Assembly (NCBI GenBank): GCA_043228905.1
Contig: JBHGNT010000007.1
Coordinates: 18,042,001-18,106,000, forward strand
Origin: Azolla caroliniana
Lineage: Eukaryota; Plantae; Polypodiophyta
Length of the DNA stretch: 64,000 nt
Direction of reading: 5' to 3'
Shown: one piece after another, positions 1 to 12,321 of the stretch
Numbering within the stretch: position 1 is the stretch's first letter
Layout: every line of letters begins with the position of its first letter
Notes under the pieces: generated by a model
Database searches by the model: none
Told to the model about the DNA's origin: nothing
What the model saw: the letters and a program-made list of their open reading frames with translations, nothing else
Program-made: the position numbers and the translations under genes

Positions 1-3000
1 CCAACGCATATGAAATGTGGAAGAAGCTGTCGGGCCTCTACGAGAGGAAGAATGCGTTGAATCGGACCTCCCTGATGAGGAAGATAGTGAATCTCAAGTA
101 CCGGGACGGTGAGAGTATGGTGGAACACGTAAGCACGTTCATGGGATTCGTGAATCAGCTTGCGGCGATCAAGTTCCCGTTGGAGGATGCAATGCAAGCC
201 ATCATCCTGATGTGTACATTGCCGGAAAGCTGGGAGAACTTGGTGGTGACTCTCAGCACCTCCTGCACCGAAGATAACTTGTCCTTGCAAACGGTAAAGA
301 CAAGTATTTTGAACGAAGAAGCGCGTCGGAGAGATAAAGAACCGGCCTCCGACCCGAAGGCGCTGCTTACCGAATCGGATCGGGGAAGACAATGGAACCG
401 GAGTCCGCAAAGACGGGAGAAGTCGGGGACCCGGTCGCAGTCAAGAGGAAGGCCCACATGCTTCCACTGTGGGAAGCCGGGGCACTTCCGAAAGAATTGT
501 CGGCATTACCGAAAAGACAACGGAGCCGACGACACCGATTCGAAGAAGTCACCGGAGAGAAACGGTGCATACCGGGGAGCCACGGACCGGAGAGGTTCGG
601 ATCGGCGAGGGTAGGACCGGAAAGGAACGACGGCACTCGCGGCAAGTGAGGAAGAAATCATGCTCATCACCGAAGAAGGTGAGCTAAACATTGCCGGCGA
701 TGAGACGACCTGGGTGGTCGATTCCGGAGCATCGTTCCACCTGACCCCGGAGAGAAGATACTTCTCATCCTACACAGCCGGTGAGCATGGCTGTGTTCGG
801 ATGGGAAACGAAGGTACGTGCCGGATTGCCGGCATAGGAGACGTGTGGTTGACAACCCCGACCGGATGCAAAATGCTGCTGAAGAATGTCCGACACGTTC
901 CGGAGGTCCGACTGAACCTGATTTCGGCCGGGAGGCTAGATGATGAAGGCTACACGGGTAGCATCCAGAACGGCGTAATGAAGTTCAGCAAGGGGAGCCT
1001 GATAGTGGCTCGGGCCCGGAAAGACAACACACTGTACCTGATGAATGCCCGGTTATGTCCGGAAGAGCTGAATGTGGCAGCCGACACTGCCGGTGAGCTG
1101 TGGCACAAAAGACTGTGCCACATGAGTGAGAAGGGGATGAAGAGGCTTGCAGAAGACAACCTTATCCCAGTGAAGCATGTGCACCTGGAGAAGTGCACCG
1201 ATTGCCTGGCCGGTAAGCAGAACCGAACTTCCTTCCACTCAAGGCCACCGACGAGACGTAGCGCACCATTGGAGTTGGTGCACACTGATGTGTGTCAGGT
1301 AGAAACGAAGTCACATGGCGGAGCCCAGTACTTCGTAACATTCATCGATGATCATAGCCGAAAACTGTGGACGGCACCGATGAAGACAAAGGACCAAGTG
1401 TTGTGCGTCTTCAAAGAACTCCACGCGAGAGTGGAAAGGGAATCCGGCAAGAAGCTGAAAGCGATACGAGCGGATAACGGAGGGGAATACCGGGGGCAGT
1501 TCCAGGAGTACTGTCGCTCGAAGGGAATCCGACTCGAGTTTACTGTGCCGAAGACGCCGGAACTGAACGGGCTGGCCGAGAGGATGAACCGGACCATAAT
1601 GGAGAGGGTCCGGAGTATGCTGGCACATGCGAAATTACCCAAGGGATTTTGGGCTGAGGCAATGTCGACGGCGACATATGTGATAAACAGATCACCCTCA
1701 GTACCTTTGGACGGAGACACGCCGCAGAGAGTGTGGACCGGTAGGGAAGTATCCTACCGGCATCTGAAGGTGTTCGGGTGTCTCGCATACGTGCATGTGG
1801 CAAAGGACCGGAGAGGAAAGCTAGATCCAAAGACCCGGCCATGCATATTCCTCGGTTACGGCGACGACGAGTTCGGCTACCGAGTATGGGACCCGGTTGA
1901 CAAGAAGATATTCCGGAGTCGTGATATCATCTTCATGGAGAACAAGACACTCGCCGACTGGGAGTCGGAGAAGAAGATGAAGAGCTCCAAGTCGACCGGT
2001 GAGGATCAACTCTACGAGGAGCAGTCCCGACCGGCAAGGGACCGATTAGCACTCGAGGATCCGGCCGAAGACGGTGAAGAAACAGAACCGGCCGAAGAAG
2101 ATGAAAATGATACCGGAACCGGCCCCGATCCCGAAATGGATTCGGATGAAGAAGAAGAATCGGAAGAACCGGTTACCGAAGCTCCGGAACGGAGATATCC
2201 TCTAAGAGAGAGAAGGGCCCCCCGGAGATTTCCGGAACCAGAGCACGTGCTGCTAACCGACGAGGGGGAGCCGGAGAGCTTTGAAGAAGCAAAGCATGAC
2301 ACCCAGAGCTGCAGGTGGTTGAGTGCCATGCAGGACGAGATGGATTCCCTGCATGAGAACCACATATATGAACTTGTGGAGTTGCCGAAAGGAAAACGGG
2401 CACTCCGTAACAAGTGGGTGTTCAAGCTGAAACCGGGAGATGCCGGAAACCCCCCGAGATACAAAGCCAGGATCGTGGTGAAGGGGTTTCAGCAGAAGAA
2501 GGGCGTCGACTTCGACGAGATATTTGCCCCGGTAGTGAAGATGACCTCCATCCGGACGGTGCTGAGCATAGCGGCAAGCATGGACCTCGAGGTAGAACAG
2601 ATGGACGTGAAGACGGCATTCCTTCACGGTGACCTCGAAGAAGAGATCTACATGCAGCAACCGGAAGGATTCGAGAAGAAAGGGAAGGAGCACCTGGTAT
2701 GCCGGTTGAAGAAGAGCCTTTACGGACTGAAGCAGGCTCCCCGGCAATGGTACCGGAAGTTCGACTCCTTCATGACCGACGAAGTGTACCTCAAAACGCA
2801 GTCCGACCACTGCGTGTTTGTGAAGAAGTTCGAAGGAGGAGACTCTCTAATACTCCTCCTGTACGTGGACGACATGTTGATCGTCGGACGGGACCAGGTC
2901 AAGATACGGATGCTGAAGAAGGCTCTTCACCGAACCTTCTCAATGAAGGACCTGGGTCCGGCGAGGCAAATACTAGGGATGCACATCATCCGGGACCGGA

Positions 3001-3839
3001 AGAAGAAGCAGTTGTGGCTGTCACAGGAGAAGTACGTGACGAAGGTGCTTCACCGGTTCAACATGTCGGAAGCGAGACCGGTCGGATCGTCCCTCCCGAC
3101 AAACTGCAAGCTGTCCAGCAAGCAAAGTCCCAAGACAAAGGCTGAAAAGGAGGATATGATGAAAGTGCCGTATGCCTCAGCCGTCGGGAGCTTGATGTAC
3201 GCCATGGTGTGTACGAGACCGGACATCGGATATGCAGTCGGAGTGGTGAGCCGGTACATGAGCAATCCCGGCAAAGAGCATTGGAACGCGGCCAAGTGGA
3301 TATTCTGATACCTGAAGGGCACAGCAAACGTGTGCCTCCGATTCGGCTCCGGAAAGCCCGAACTCGACGGCTTTACCGATTCGGATATGTCGGCTGATGC
3401 AGATACCAGCCGATCCACATCAGGGTATGTGATGACGTATGCAGGGGGAGCTGTTTCATGGCAGTCGAGGCTGCAGAAGACGGTTGCGCTGTCAACCACG
3501 GAGGCGGAGTACATGGCGGCTGTTGAAGCCGGCAAGGAAATAATATGGATGAAGGACTTCATCAGAGAGCTCGGTATCCGGCAGGAGGAGTACCGACTCT
3601 ACTGCGACAGTCAGAGTGCAATCCACCTTGCAAAGAACGCGGCCTATCACTCCCGGACGAAGCACATCCAGCGAAGATATCACTGGATCCGGGAAAGGAT
3701 AGAAGACAAGGAGTTCGTGCTGACGAAGATCCACACGGACGAGAACGGGTCGGATATGCTGACCAAGGTGCTCACACCCGACAAGCTGGAAGCATGCCGG
3801 AAGAGGATCGGATTGGAGAGACATCCCATGCCGAAGTGA
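1..3839 (+). pseudogene. Copia gag-pol with two premature stops
   Basis: Same frame across ORFs 15-614, 660-3308 and 3330-3839. TAG at 612-614 is CAG in the intact copy and TGA at 3306-3308 is CGA, both C>T transitions. Confidence 0.95.
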
Positions 3840-3849
3840 AGGGGGAGTT

Positions 3850-4456
3850 TGTTGGGATTACGGTCCCTTCGGATGGGATGGTCGGATATCGGAGATGAAT
3901 GCCGACAAGCCCGGTTTCAGTTTCGGATCCGGATGACGAAGACCCCGGTTTCGGTACCGGATGACGAATGTACCCGGAGGGCGATCCGGATGCAGGGACA
4001 TATCCGTGAATATGTTCGCTATGGGCCCCTGAGGCTACAGTTGTAAATAGCCCAAAGTCATATAAGTATAAATATGACTTAGGGCAAACAGTTTTACTGT
4101 TGCTTCTCATTTTTTCTGTTTTTCCACTTTAGAGGAGTGAAGAGGGAGCAGCCGTGAGAGAGAGAGAGATAGAGCGCGAGAGAGGAAGAGGACGACGCCT
4201 CTGTGTATTTCCGCCGCCTGTGGCGAGGACAGCGAGCTCAAGGTCGTCGCCTTGGAGCTCGTCATTGTATACTTCTCTTTGTATAGTGTTGTTTGGAGTC
4301 TTGTACTCCCGTGGTTTTTCCCATCTAGGGTTTTCCACGTTAATCTCTGTGTACTCGTGTATTTCTCTCTTTGGTTCCTATTTTCTGCTCCATTGATCCG
4401 CGATTACTCGGTTGTGGCCGGGTGAAGAAGGTGAATCGAAGCGTTGATTTTCAACA
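3850..4456 (+). repeat. 3' LTR (607 bp) of first Copia
   Basis: TG...CA ends, follows PPT, contains TATAAAT and a GA microsatellite; homologous to 31216-31824. Confidence 0.95.
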
Positions 4457-4462
4457 GTACGC

Positions 4463-7400
4463 ATGCAAACTGACATGAGAGACAGGCCCAGTGAAGTACC
4501 ACAAACCTCGGCACCATCCACGTCGTCGGAGGACGACCAGCTATGGGATGTTCTTACCAACTCCCACATCTCGCTGCCCCTACATAAACTGCTACCACTC
4601 ATGTTGAGATTTCGGGACACTCTGGCGGCACTCCAGGCCAATACTAAGCCCATGACGCCACCGGTACACCTCACCGAAGCAGGAACCGGTCCACCACTCA
4701 TGGATTCTCAGAACCCAGCCGTGCGAATCATCATTAAGGGACAAGACCTGCACGGATGCATCATCGACGGCGGATCCGGCGTAAACGTTATTAGCGAGTT
4801 AACGTGTCTCAACCTCGGCTTGAATCAATGGGAACCATGCCCCTTTTGGCTTCGGATGGCCAACACACGCTCCGTTCGCCCCATTGGTTTAATCCGCCAT
4901 CTCGACTTCACACTCGGAGGCCACATGTTCCCGATCTCGGCCGTCGTGCTGAGACTGGAGACACAAGGCACCTACCCACTGTTACTAGGTCGACCATGGT
5001 TGCGTACAACGAATATCAAGCAACATTGGCAACGCAACATGATCTCGTTCCGAAGAGGCAAGACAAAAGTCCGCATCATCACTAAAGAACGAGTTCCCGT
5101 CGCCCTCAACACTTCGCCGTTATATGCGGAAGGGGTCCATATGCTTGACGGTTTGGCCGATGAGGAGGTCGATGACTTCCTAGATGATCATCCCACAATC
5201 ATCCCTCTCTTCGAAATCAATGCCTTACCTACCATCGAGCCATCTAAAGATGAGGAAGTCACGGAGGAGTCCCCACCCCAGGAGGAACCTAATCCAACCA
5301 CAGTTGCCGAGCTACGTCATGCTCGGGAGGCTTTCGAACGGGAACTCGCCATTTCACAACGAGTGAAAGCATCAACCCTAGAAACAATAAACCTTGGTTC
5401 AGACGAGAATCCCCGTACGTTACAAATTGCCAATAATCTACCAACTGGAGAACGGGCATGCCTCGTAAAATTACTCACCGACTACCAGGATGTTTTCGCT
5501 TGGTCTTACACCGATATGAAGGGGCTGGATCCTCAATACTACCAACATCAAATTCACATCTTACCCGACACTCGGCCGGTTTAGCAGAGGCGCTACAGGA
5601 TGAACCCCAACTACGCCGCTAAAGTCAAAGAGAAAATTGACAAACTACTCCAAGTGGGCTTCATTCGCCTTGTTTAAACGGGCCACATGGTTGAGCCCGA
5701 TCGTAGTGGTTCCAAAGAAGAACGGAAAAATCCGTGTCTGCGTCGACTATCGGAAGCTTAATGCGGCAACAGTCACTGACGGTTTCCCTCTCCCATTCAC
5801 GGATAGCGTCCTCGACATGGTAGCCGGCCACGAATGCTACAGTTTCCTCGACAGGTTCAGCGGCTATAACCAAATAAGAATGCACCCGGAGGATCAGGAG
5901 AAAACCGCTTTCGTCACGGAATGGGGTGTTTTTGTAGCAGAAGTTATGATGTTCGGTCTAAAAACGGCGCCGGCTACGTTCCAGCGCATCATCACTGAAA
6001 TCTTTCATTACTACATCCCGGCGTTCATGCAAGTCTTTCTCGACGATTTCGCCGTGTATGGCCATCGACGGGAATACATGACCCAGTTACGACTCTGCCT
6101 GGACTGATGTCGCCAAGTTCGATTGAGTTTAAACCCGGCGAAATGCGCGTTCTTAGTCACCAGTGGCAACCTTCTCGGCCACATTGTCAGTCAAGAAGGC
6201 ATCGCTATGGACCCGGATAAAGTAAAGGCAATCCTGAATGCCACCGCACCCTCGAACGCTAAGGCACTAAGCCGATTTTTGAGCCAGATTCCGTGGCATA
6301 GCCGAATGATACGACACCTGGCCGATTTCACGACACCTTTACACGCGGCAGTCCATCGCCTTCCTTTACGACACGGCCTATCAGACCCTGAAACGAATGT
6401 TGTCACATGCCCCGATGGTCCAGTCCCCGGTTTGGTCCGAACCGTTTCATGTCTTCGTAGATGCTTCGGACATCGCCATCAGAAGTGCCCTGATGCAATG
6501 CACACCCCCGAATTGGTATAGGCTCGTGTACTACGCCAGCCGACGGCTCTCGACCGCAGAAAAGAATTACTCCACCACCGAGCGGGAGGCCCTCGGTATG
6601 ATTTATAGCATCAATAAATTTCGGAATTACCTCTTGGGCCGAAAATTTACCTTTCACGTGGATCACTCGGCCCTTCTTTATTTGGTCAATAAACAAGCCC
6701 TCACCGGATGGTGAGGGCTTGTTTATTGACCAAATAAAGAAGGGTCGTCGCCGACTACTTGAGCCGTCTTGAGTCAGGAGAACCGGCGAAAACAACGTAT
6801 GACGAGCTACCGGACGCCAGCCTATTTAACCTGACCACGATACTAGACGATAACGGAGATGAATGGATCACGGAGATGACCCATTTTCTTAGTACCGGTG
6901 TACCTCCCGAGCATATGACCCTTGACACGAGAAAACGCCTAGCAGTGCGTAGCTGGAATTTTTGCCTCGTCTCGGACATTCTCTACCACAAAGGCTCGGA
7001 CAGCATATGGCGCCAAGCGATTCGGCAATTCGAGAAGAACACCGTTCTTCAGGAAGCCCACCAGGGAGTAGCTGGGGGGCACTACGCCGGGGATTCCACG
7101 GCAAGGAAAGTTTGGCAAAGTGGATTGTGGTGGCCGACAACGAAGAAAGACGCTCACGAGTTTTGCCGGCAGTGCGATTTGTGCCAACGACTGGGGCAAC
7201 CAATGGAACAGTCACGGATGCCACACCAGCCAATTCTTCCGTTGGACCCATTTCAAAAATGGGGTTTGGATTTTGTAGGCCCTTTTAAACCACCCGCGGC
7301 CCGAACAGGGAATAGGTATATTATTGTTGCCACGGATTACTGCACCAAATGGGTCGAGGCTAAGGCACTCCGAGATACCACGGCGGCATCCACGGCTAAA

Positions 7401-8204
7401 TTCGTGTACGAGCACCTCTGGTGCCGTTACGGATGCCCAATCGAGCTCGTTAGTGATCAAGGTGGGCACTTCATCAATCATATAATACGTGAGCTTACAC
7501 ACCACTACGCGGTGGTGCACAAGAAAAGCACACCATACTACCCGTAGGCGAACGGCTTGGCGGAATCGACCAATAAAATCCTCCAAACCATACTGAAGAA
7601 GATCGTCAATGAAAACAGGACCGATTGGGATGACAAACTCTAGAGCGTGTTATGGGCGTATCGTACGACTTTCAAAACAAGCATCCAATCAACCCCCTTT
7701 CGAATGGCGTTCGGGTTAGAAGCCGTAATGCCCGTCGAGTTCCAAGTCCCGAGCCTCCGAGTTCAAGTCAAAGCACGGCTCCCCGAGGCCCAATCCGAGC
7801 AATACCGGCTGGAACAACTCCTCGAACTCGGCGAAGATAGGATAGAGAGTATGGCCTAGCTCGAACAACGACAACGGCAATGCAAGGCTTTCGTGGATCG
7901 ACATCGACACGGGCTGGAGAAGGAGCTCACCATCGGCAAACCAGTTCTTCTTTTTCAAACACGACTCGGGTCAATGCCGGGAAAATTAAGATTTCGGTGG
8001 ACCGGTCCATTCTGGATTATCGACGAGTTCAACGGGACGTTCCAGCTTGGCACACTCGCCGGCGACACTGTCAAAAGCTGGGCCAATGGTTTCCGACTTC
8101 GACCATATCGAGGGACTACACCACCCAACCCGTTTACCGAACCACACAGCACAAACGAGTTTCGGGAGACCACCACGGAGGAGGCCACGTGTCCCCCTGA
8201 ATAA
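4463..8204 (+). pseudogene. Gypsy pol (PR-RT-RH-IN), multiple stops and frameshifts
   Basis: ORF fragments 4463-5584, 5637-6107, 6123-6521, 6397-6714, 6759-7547, 7647-7859 and 7893-8204 carry successive pol motifs. Confidence 0.93.
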
Positions 8205-8727
8205 GGACTCACCCACCTTCTTGAGATTAATAAAAATAGTAGTAGGTAGGATTAACCATAGTTTAGCCACCGATTAGCTACACCTACACCACCCACCTAG
8301 GCACCCACAATTTTAGGAGCACCCCTCGTCACCACTCATTTAGTCCCTATTTAAGCACATGCAAAGCACTAGAAGCACCCCACTCACCTTCAGGACACGT
8401 GGTGCTAGTCACTTATTATGGCACCCACGACTCAGAATCTTCAGGATTCGCTTCAGGCACAAAACCCTAGGAGTAAGTTACTAAAACCGTTTCCAAAACG
8501 CAGCACAGACATAGAAGTTCATTATCGCTCCCCATCTCCATTGCTCTCAAGCTCAGAAACCCCGTCTCGCCCTCATCGCACTAAACGCTCTTGCTCTCAA
8601 GCCCTCTTTTCGCTCTCATAACCCCTCTACTGGACTTCCTCTTCCTGCTGTTCCTCCTGTGTCTCGCCCTCGCCTCATCACACTTCGTCACGCTTCCACA
8701 CAGTCGAACCCCGTCTCCATCTCCACC

Positions 8728-11700
8728 ATGCCTCTTACCGCTTCAACAGAAACCCGCGCCTGGCTCTAGGAACGAGGAATGGGCGGTTACCTGAAGATCA
8801 TCGATGCCCCCGCGCACCCAGATGCCCAAGGTGTGGCTAAACGTATAACTCCCGAAGCCATCACCAACAACGTGCTTCGGGCTGTTTTGGACCTGCAACG
8901 GGGAGGGGACCATGAGGTCGACATACCCCCGGCATCAAAGATGAAGGCGTACTTCGGTGAGTACTCAGCCTCAGGGAAGGCATATCGCACGTATGGCGGT
9001 CCCAACAAAGCTTTCGGGGAGATTGCTCGTATATTAATGGAGTATGCGTTCGTGCATACGAACCCAACGAGCATGCTGCAAAACAAGGCAACCATCATCA
9101 TCAGCACATATGAAGGAAACAGAATCGATTGGGGAATCATCACAGGCGAGGGACTCCGCGCCGCCTTAGCTTCATTTCAGTCCGGTAAGAAGATGTTGTC
9201 TGTTCTTAGGTCCCTCTTTTTGATGGTTCTATACCCACCCTCTTCTCTTCCTTCCCCTCGCACACTCACGTCCCCACCACCACCACGAAGGCAGAGAGAG
9301 AAATTTGTTGCCATCAGCCACGAAGCATGGGAGGAGCCCACATCGCCTTCACCTCCTGCGGCAGACCAAAACCCCGCATTTGCACCACCACCCACCCAAC
9401 CCCAACAAAAAAGGGCAGTTTCCGAGACCTGCCAAGAATGGGAGGAGGAGGTAGCCGCGGAAGACAACACGGCCGATGATGTCACCATTCGACAACCAAC
9501 GTCGCGCCTCTCGGTAACGTCCCCAAGGCCTAGCCCACACCCCAACACACAACAGGCTGCACCACCACGACCCCAGAAAAGGAAGCTGGCGGAGGAAACG
9601 ACACTACCGGCCCCGGAACCCCAAACACAGCCGAGCAAGAGAAGACGGCTTAACCGCGAATCCTCGGAAGAACAGAAAGAGCCACAACAGGAGCAAGCCT
9701 TAGCTGTTAGACAGAGCAACCTGGCCATCATCCCTGAGGAGGCATCGCTGAACCAGGGAAAGATCGAGCATGGGCAGACAACGCAAATCTCAGAGGATGA
9801 AGTCCTCGGGTATAAGGACCTCCCCGCGGAGGCTTACGAATTTAGTGCGCTCCTACGCCTCGGTATGACATTCGAGCTGGTTGACTTCCTTGCCAGAGCC
9901 CAAGTCGCGGCAGCCGCTCGAATGGCGGAGGAGCACGCCGAAACAACAATGATTCAACGCGCGCTAATAGGTGAAATTGAGCCCCAGGAGGACAAGGCTT
10001 TACAAAAATTCGGGAGAAAGAAGTTGGCAAAACAGGCCGCTCTCCTCATGGAGGTCCCCGAGTTGAACACGGCCCTTATCGAGGCATATCGGGACCTGGA
10101 TCGCACTACGTGGGCAGCCAAAGACATGGCCCGAAAGATAAAAATAGCTCAAAAACAGGCTAAGATGGCTACAGAATTATGGCACGCTGCGAACCAGAAG
10201 CTGGCAGCCTGGGAGCAAAACCGGCCGGAACAACAACTCTTGAGCCTTCTGGTCACGACCACCGAGGCCCTCCCAGCGCCTCCATGCATAACAATGATGG
10301 ATGAAAGCACCATCACCGACTCAATCCTGATGGTGCAGGCCAGTACACAAACGGAATCGTTACAAATGGTCGATGCCTGCACAACAACCGAGGCGGCCAC
10401 GCCCATGGAAAAGACCGAGATACCACCCCCTCGTGCACCCAAGGAGGTGGCAACCCAGACAGAACCCCCGCTCCGGGATTACCGCACGGAGCTTAAAGAA
10501 GAACAACGGCGAACCAAGAGACATGAACAACGGCATCAAGAGGCAATGGCTCGCCTAAAAGAAGAAGCTTCCAAGCTGATGACCAAGATTAGAGCCTAGG
10601 CCGACCAAAGGATACACGAGCAGAACGAGGCACTGGGACGGGTACAAGCGCAAGCCGCAGGCAAAGAAGCCGAACTCAAAAGCAAGCTGGAGGAAAACGC
10701 AGCCACAGTGGTGAAGAAAGAGGAGGTTCTAGACCTACAGGCCGCGCTCGACAATGCGAAAGACTGGAACCATCGGCAGGAAGAAAGAAATCGCCAATGG
10801 GAGGAGAGGATGATCGTGGAGAATGCTGAGTTGCAGAGTCAGCGTACGACCCTTAAAGAAATGGCTAATGAGTTTTTCATCAAATGCAAGCTACTTTCGG
10901 AGCAAAAAGACGAATTATCGGATTCCTACTTCGCCCTACAAGAAGAGAGAATCGTCGAACGGGAACAAATCCGGGCCACGTGTCAAAAAGAACGGGAGCA
11001 AGCCACCAAAGAACTCACCAAGCGTTACGAGCAGGCTCTCCAGCTCGTAACCGCAGATGCAAAGAACACTCAAGCCATCTATGAGCTAAGAGCACAGAAG
11101 ATTCAGGCCGAGGTCGACGGCTTAAAACAGGAATTAGCAGCCATCCGAGCACAGCCCGGCATGGATGAGACACGCATCAGAATACTGATCGAGAAACAGC
11201 GCCAACACCTTACCAAAAAGGTTGAGGAAACATTAAGTCGCGCAGGAGACGAATGGGCAGCCCAAGCTGCCGAATTGCATATTTTACGTGCCGACGCCGA
11301 GAACCGACGGAAGGAGGGCCGAGGATTACCAGTCCTTGGCAAAATCTCACACCGCGGCAATCCAGCAAATAATGGAGGACTTCAATGACGGTCAGATGCT
11401 GTTTCGCCTGGAAGCAGAAGCCTTCGAACGAGAATGACTCGCAGCCATCCCCACCAGCCCTCCAACGGCCACAGAGCAGAAGGAAGAACCTTCCAGCAAG
11501 GAGATCACGGACACAACACAAGAGGAACTTGCCCCGGCCAACAGACATCCCATGGACGCCCACACAGTACCAGATCCAGTCGAAGTAGAGGTCAGCGCTC
11601 TCGAACCCACACCCCCACCAGAAGAATCGACTGCACCTGAGGCGGACGCCCGAGAAGATATGACACCCCCGGACCAAACTCAACCCCCCGCACCGACAAT

Positions 11701-11767
11701 CCAACCAGACCACCCTGCCACCACCCCGGACCCCGAAAACATCCTCGACATCTTAAAGGAGGAATGA
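8728..11767 (+). pseudogene. Extra ORF ('ORF-X', ~1000 aa, Pro-rich linker plus coiled coil) of G1, function unknown
   Basis: CCACC-ATG at 8728 is in frame with ORF 8779-10599 across a TAG at 8767. It continues through 10708-11388, then frameshifts to end ENILDILKEE* at 11767. Homologous to 12322-14969 and 15465-18047. Confidence 0.8.
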
Positions 11768-12321
11768 AACGAGGATCACGCCGAAAAGGCAATTTTTGTA
11801 ATAGTGTTAGTATTTTGTAAGTCATGGGTCCGACGGACAAGGTCCTATCCCACGGGCGTGCTAGGTGTTGTCCAGAGGACAGAAATGTAAAATGAGGGAA
11901 TTAGCAAACGTCGAGTCTGAGTATCATGGGCCACCGACGGCTCGGCTGTGTATTAGGGGAAAAGTTATTTAAACGAGGAATAGTACCTCAGAGAAGGGGA
12001 GAAGAAAAATATAGGCGGAAGCACTAGCTTAGTCCTTCGTAACTAGATAAACTTGTAAGGTCACCGGCCATAGGCCGTGTTCTGTAATCTTTTCTGTCAT
12101 AGTAATATATCTGATTTGTGCCCATTTTGCTCCATGAGTTTGTGCTTTGATCCATACCTATGAGTTCAACGCCGCCCACGTCTATCAAGACCTCGCTAGT
12201 GTTTTCTCTCTAAGCCTTGTCTCTCTCTCGACGCCTCTATTACAAGCCTTCACGTACCACACCCTTGAAGACCGATAGTCGCAGATCTATCGAAGGTGTT
12301 CACCCAAAGGAACGGGTAACA
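11765..12321 (+). repeat. 3' LTR of G1 (5' boundary approximate)
   Basis: Follows purine tract AAAGGAGGAA; shares blocks with 18048-18591 (ACCGATAGTC..ATCGAAGGTGTT); ends GTAACA. Confidence 0.7.

Larger units (their letters stand above)
1..4456 (+). mobile_element. Ty1/Copia LTR retrotransposon (Tnt1/Tork-like), 5' end outside window
   Basis: gag zinc knuckle CFHCGKPGHFRKNC, protease WVVDSGAS, integrase, RT YVDD and RNase H in Copia order. PPT GAAGGGGGAG at 3838-3847, then 3' LTR TGTTGGG...TCAACA. Near-identical to the element at 31216-36546. Confidence 0.97.
4457..12321 (+). mobile_element. Ty3/Gypsy non-chromovirus (Athila/Tat-like) element G1: pol, extra ORF and 3' LTR
   Basis: Protease IIDGGSGVN, RT (VCVDYRKLN...VFLDDF), RNase H (VDASD...EREALG) and integrase (HHCC, WGLDFVGP, RWTGPF) in Gypsy order with no chromodomain. 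A long extra ORF follows, then a region ending CGGGTAACA. Confidence 0.88.

Noticed and set aside
155-3898. Numerous antisense and alternate-frame ORFs over Copia pol, repeated in each copy
   Set aside because: Expected shadows of a GC-rich coding sequence; their recurrence reflects copy identity, not independent function.
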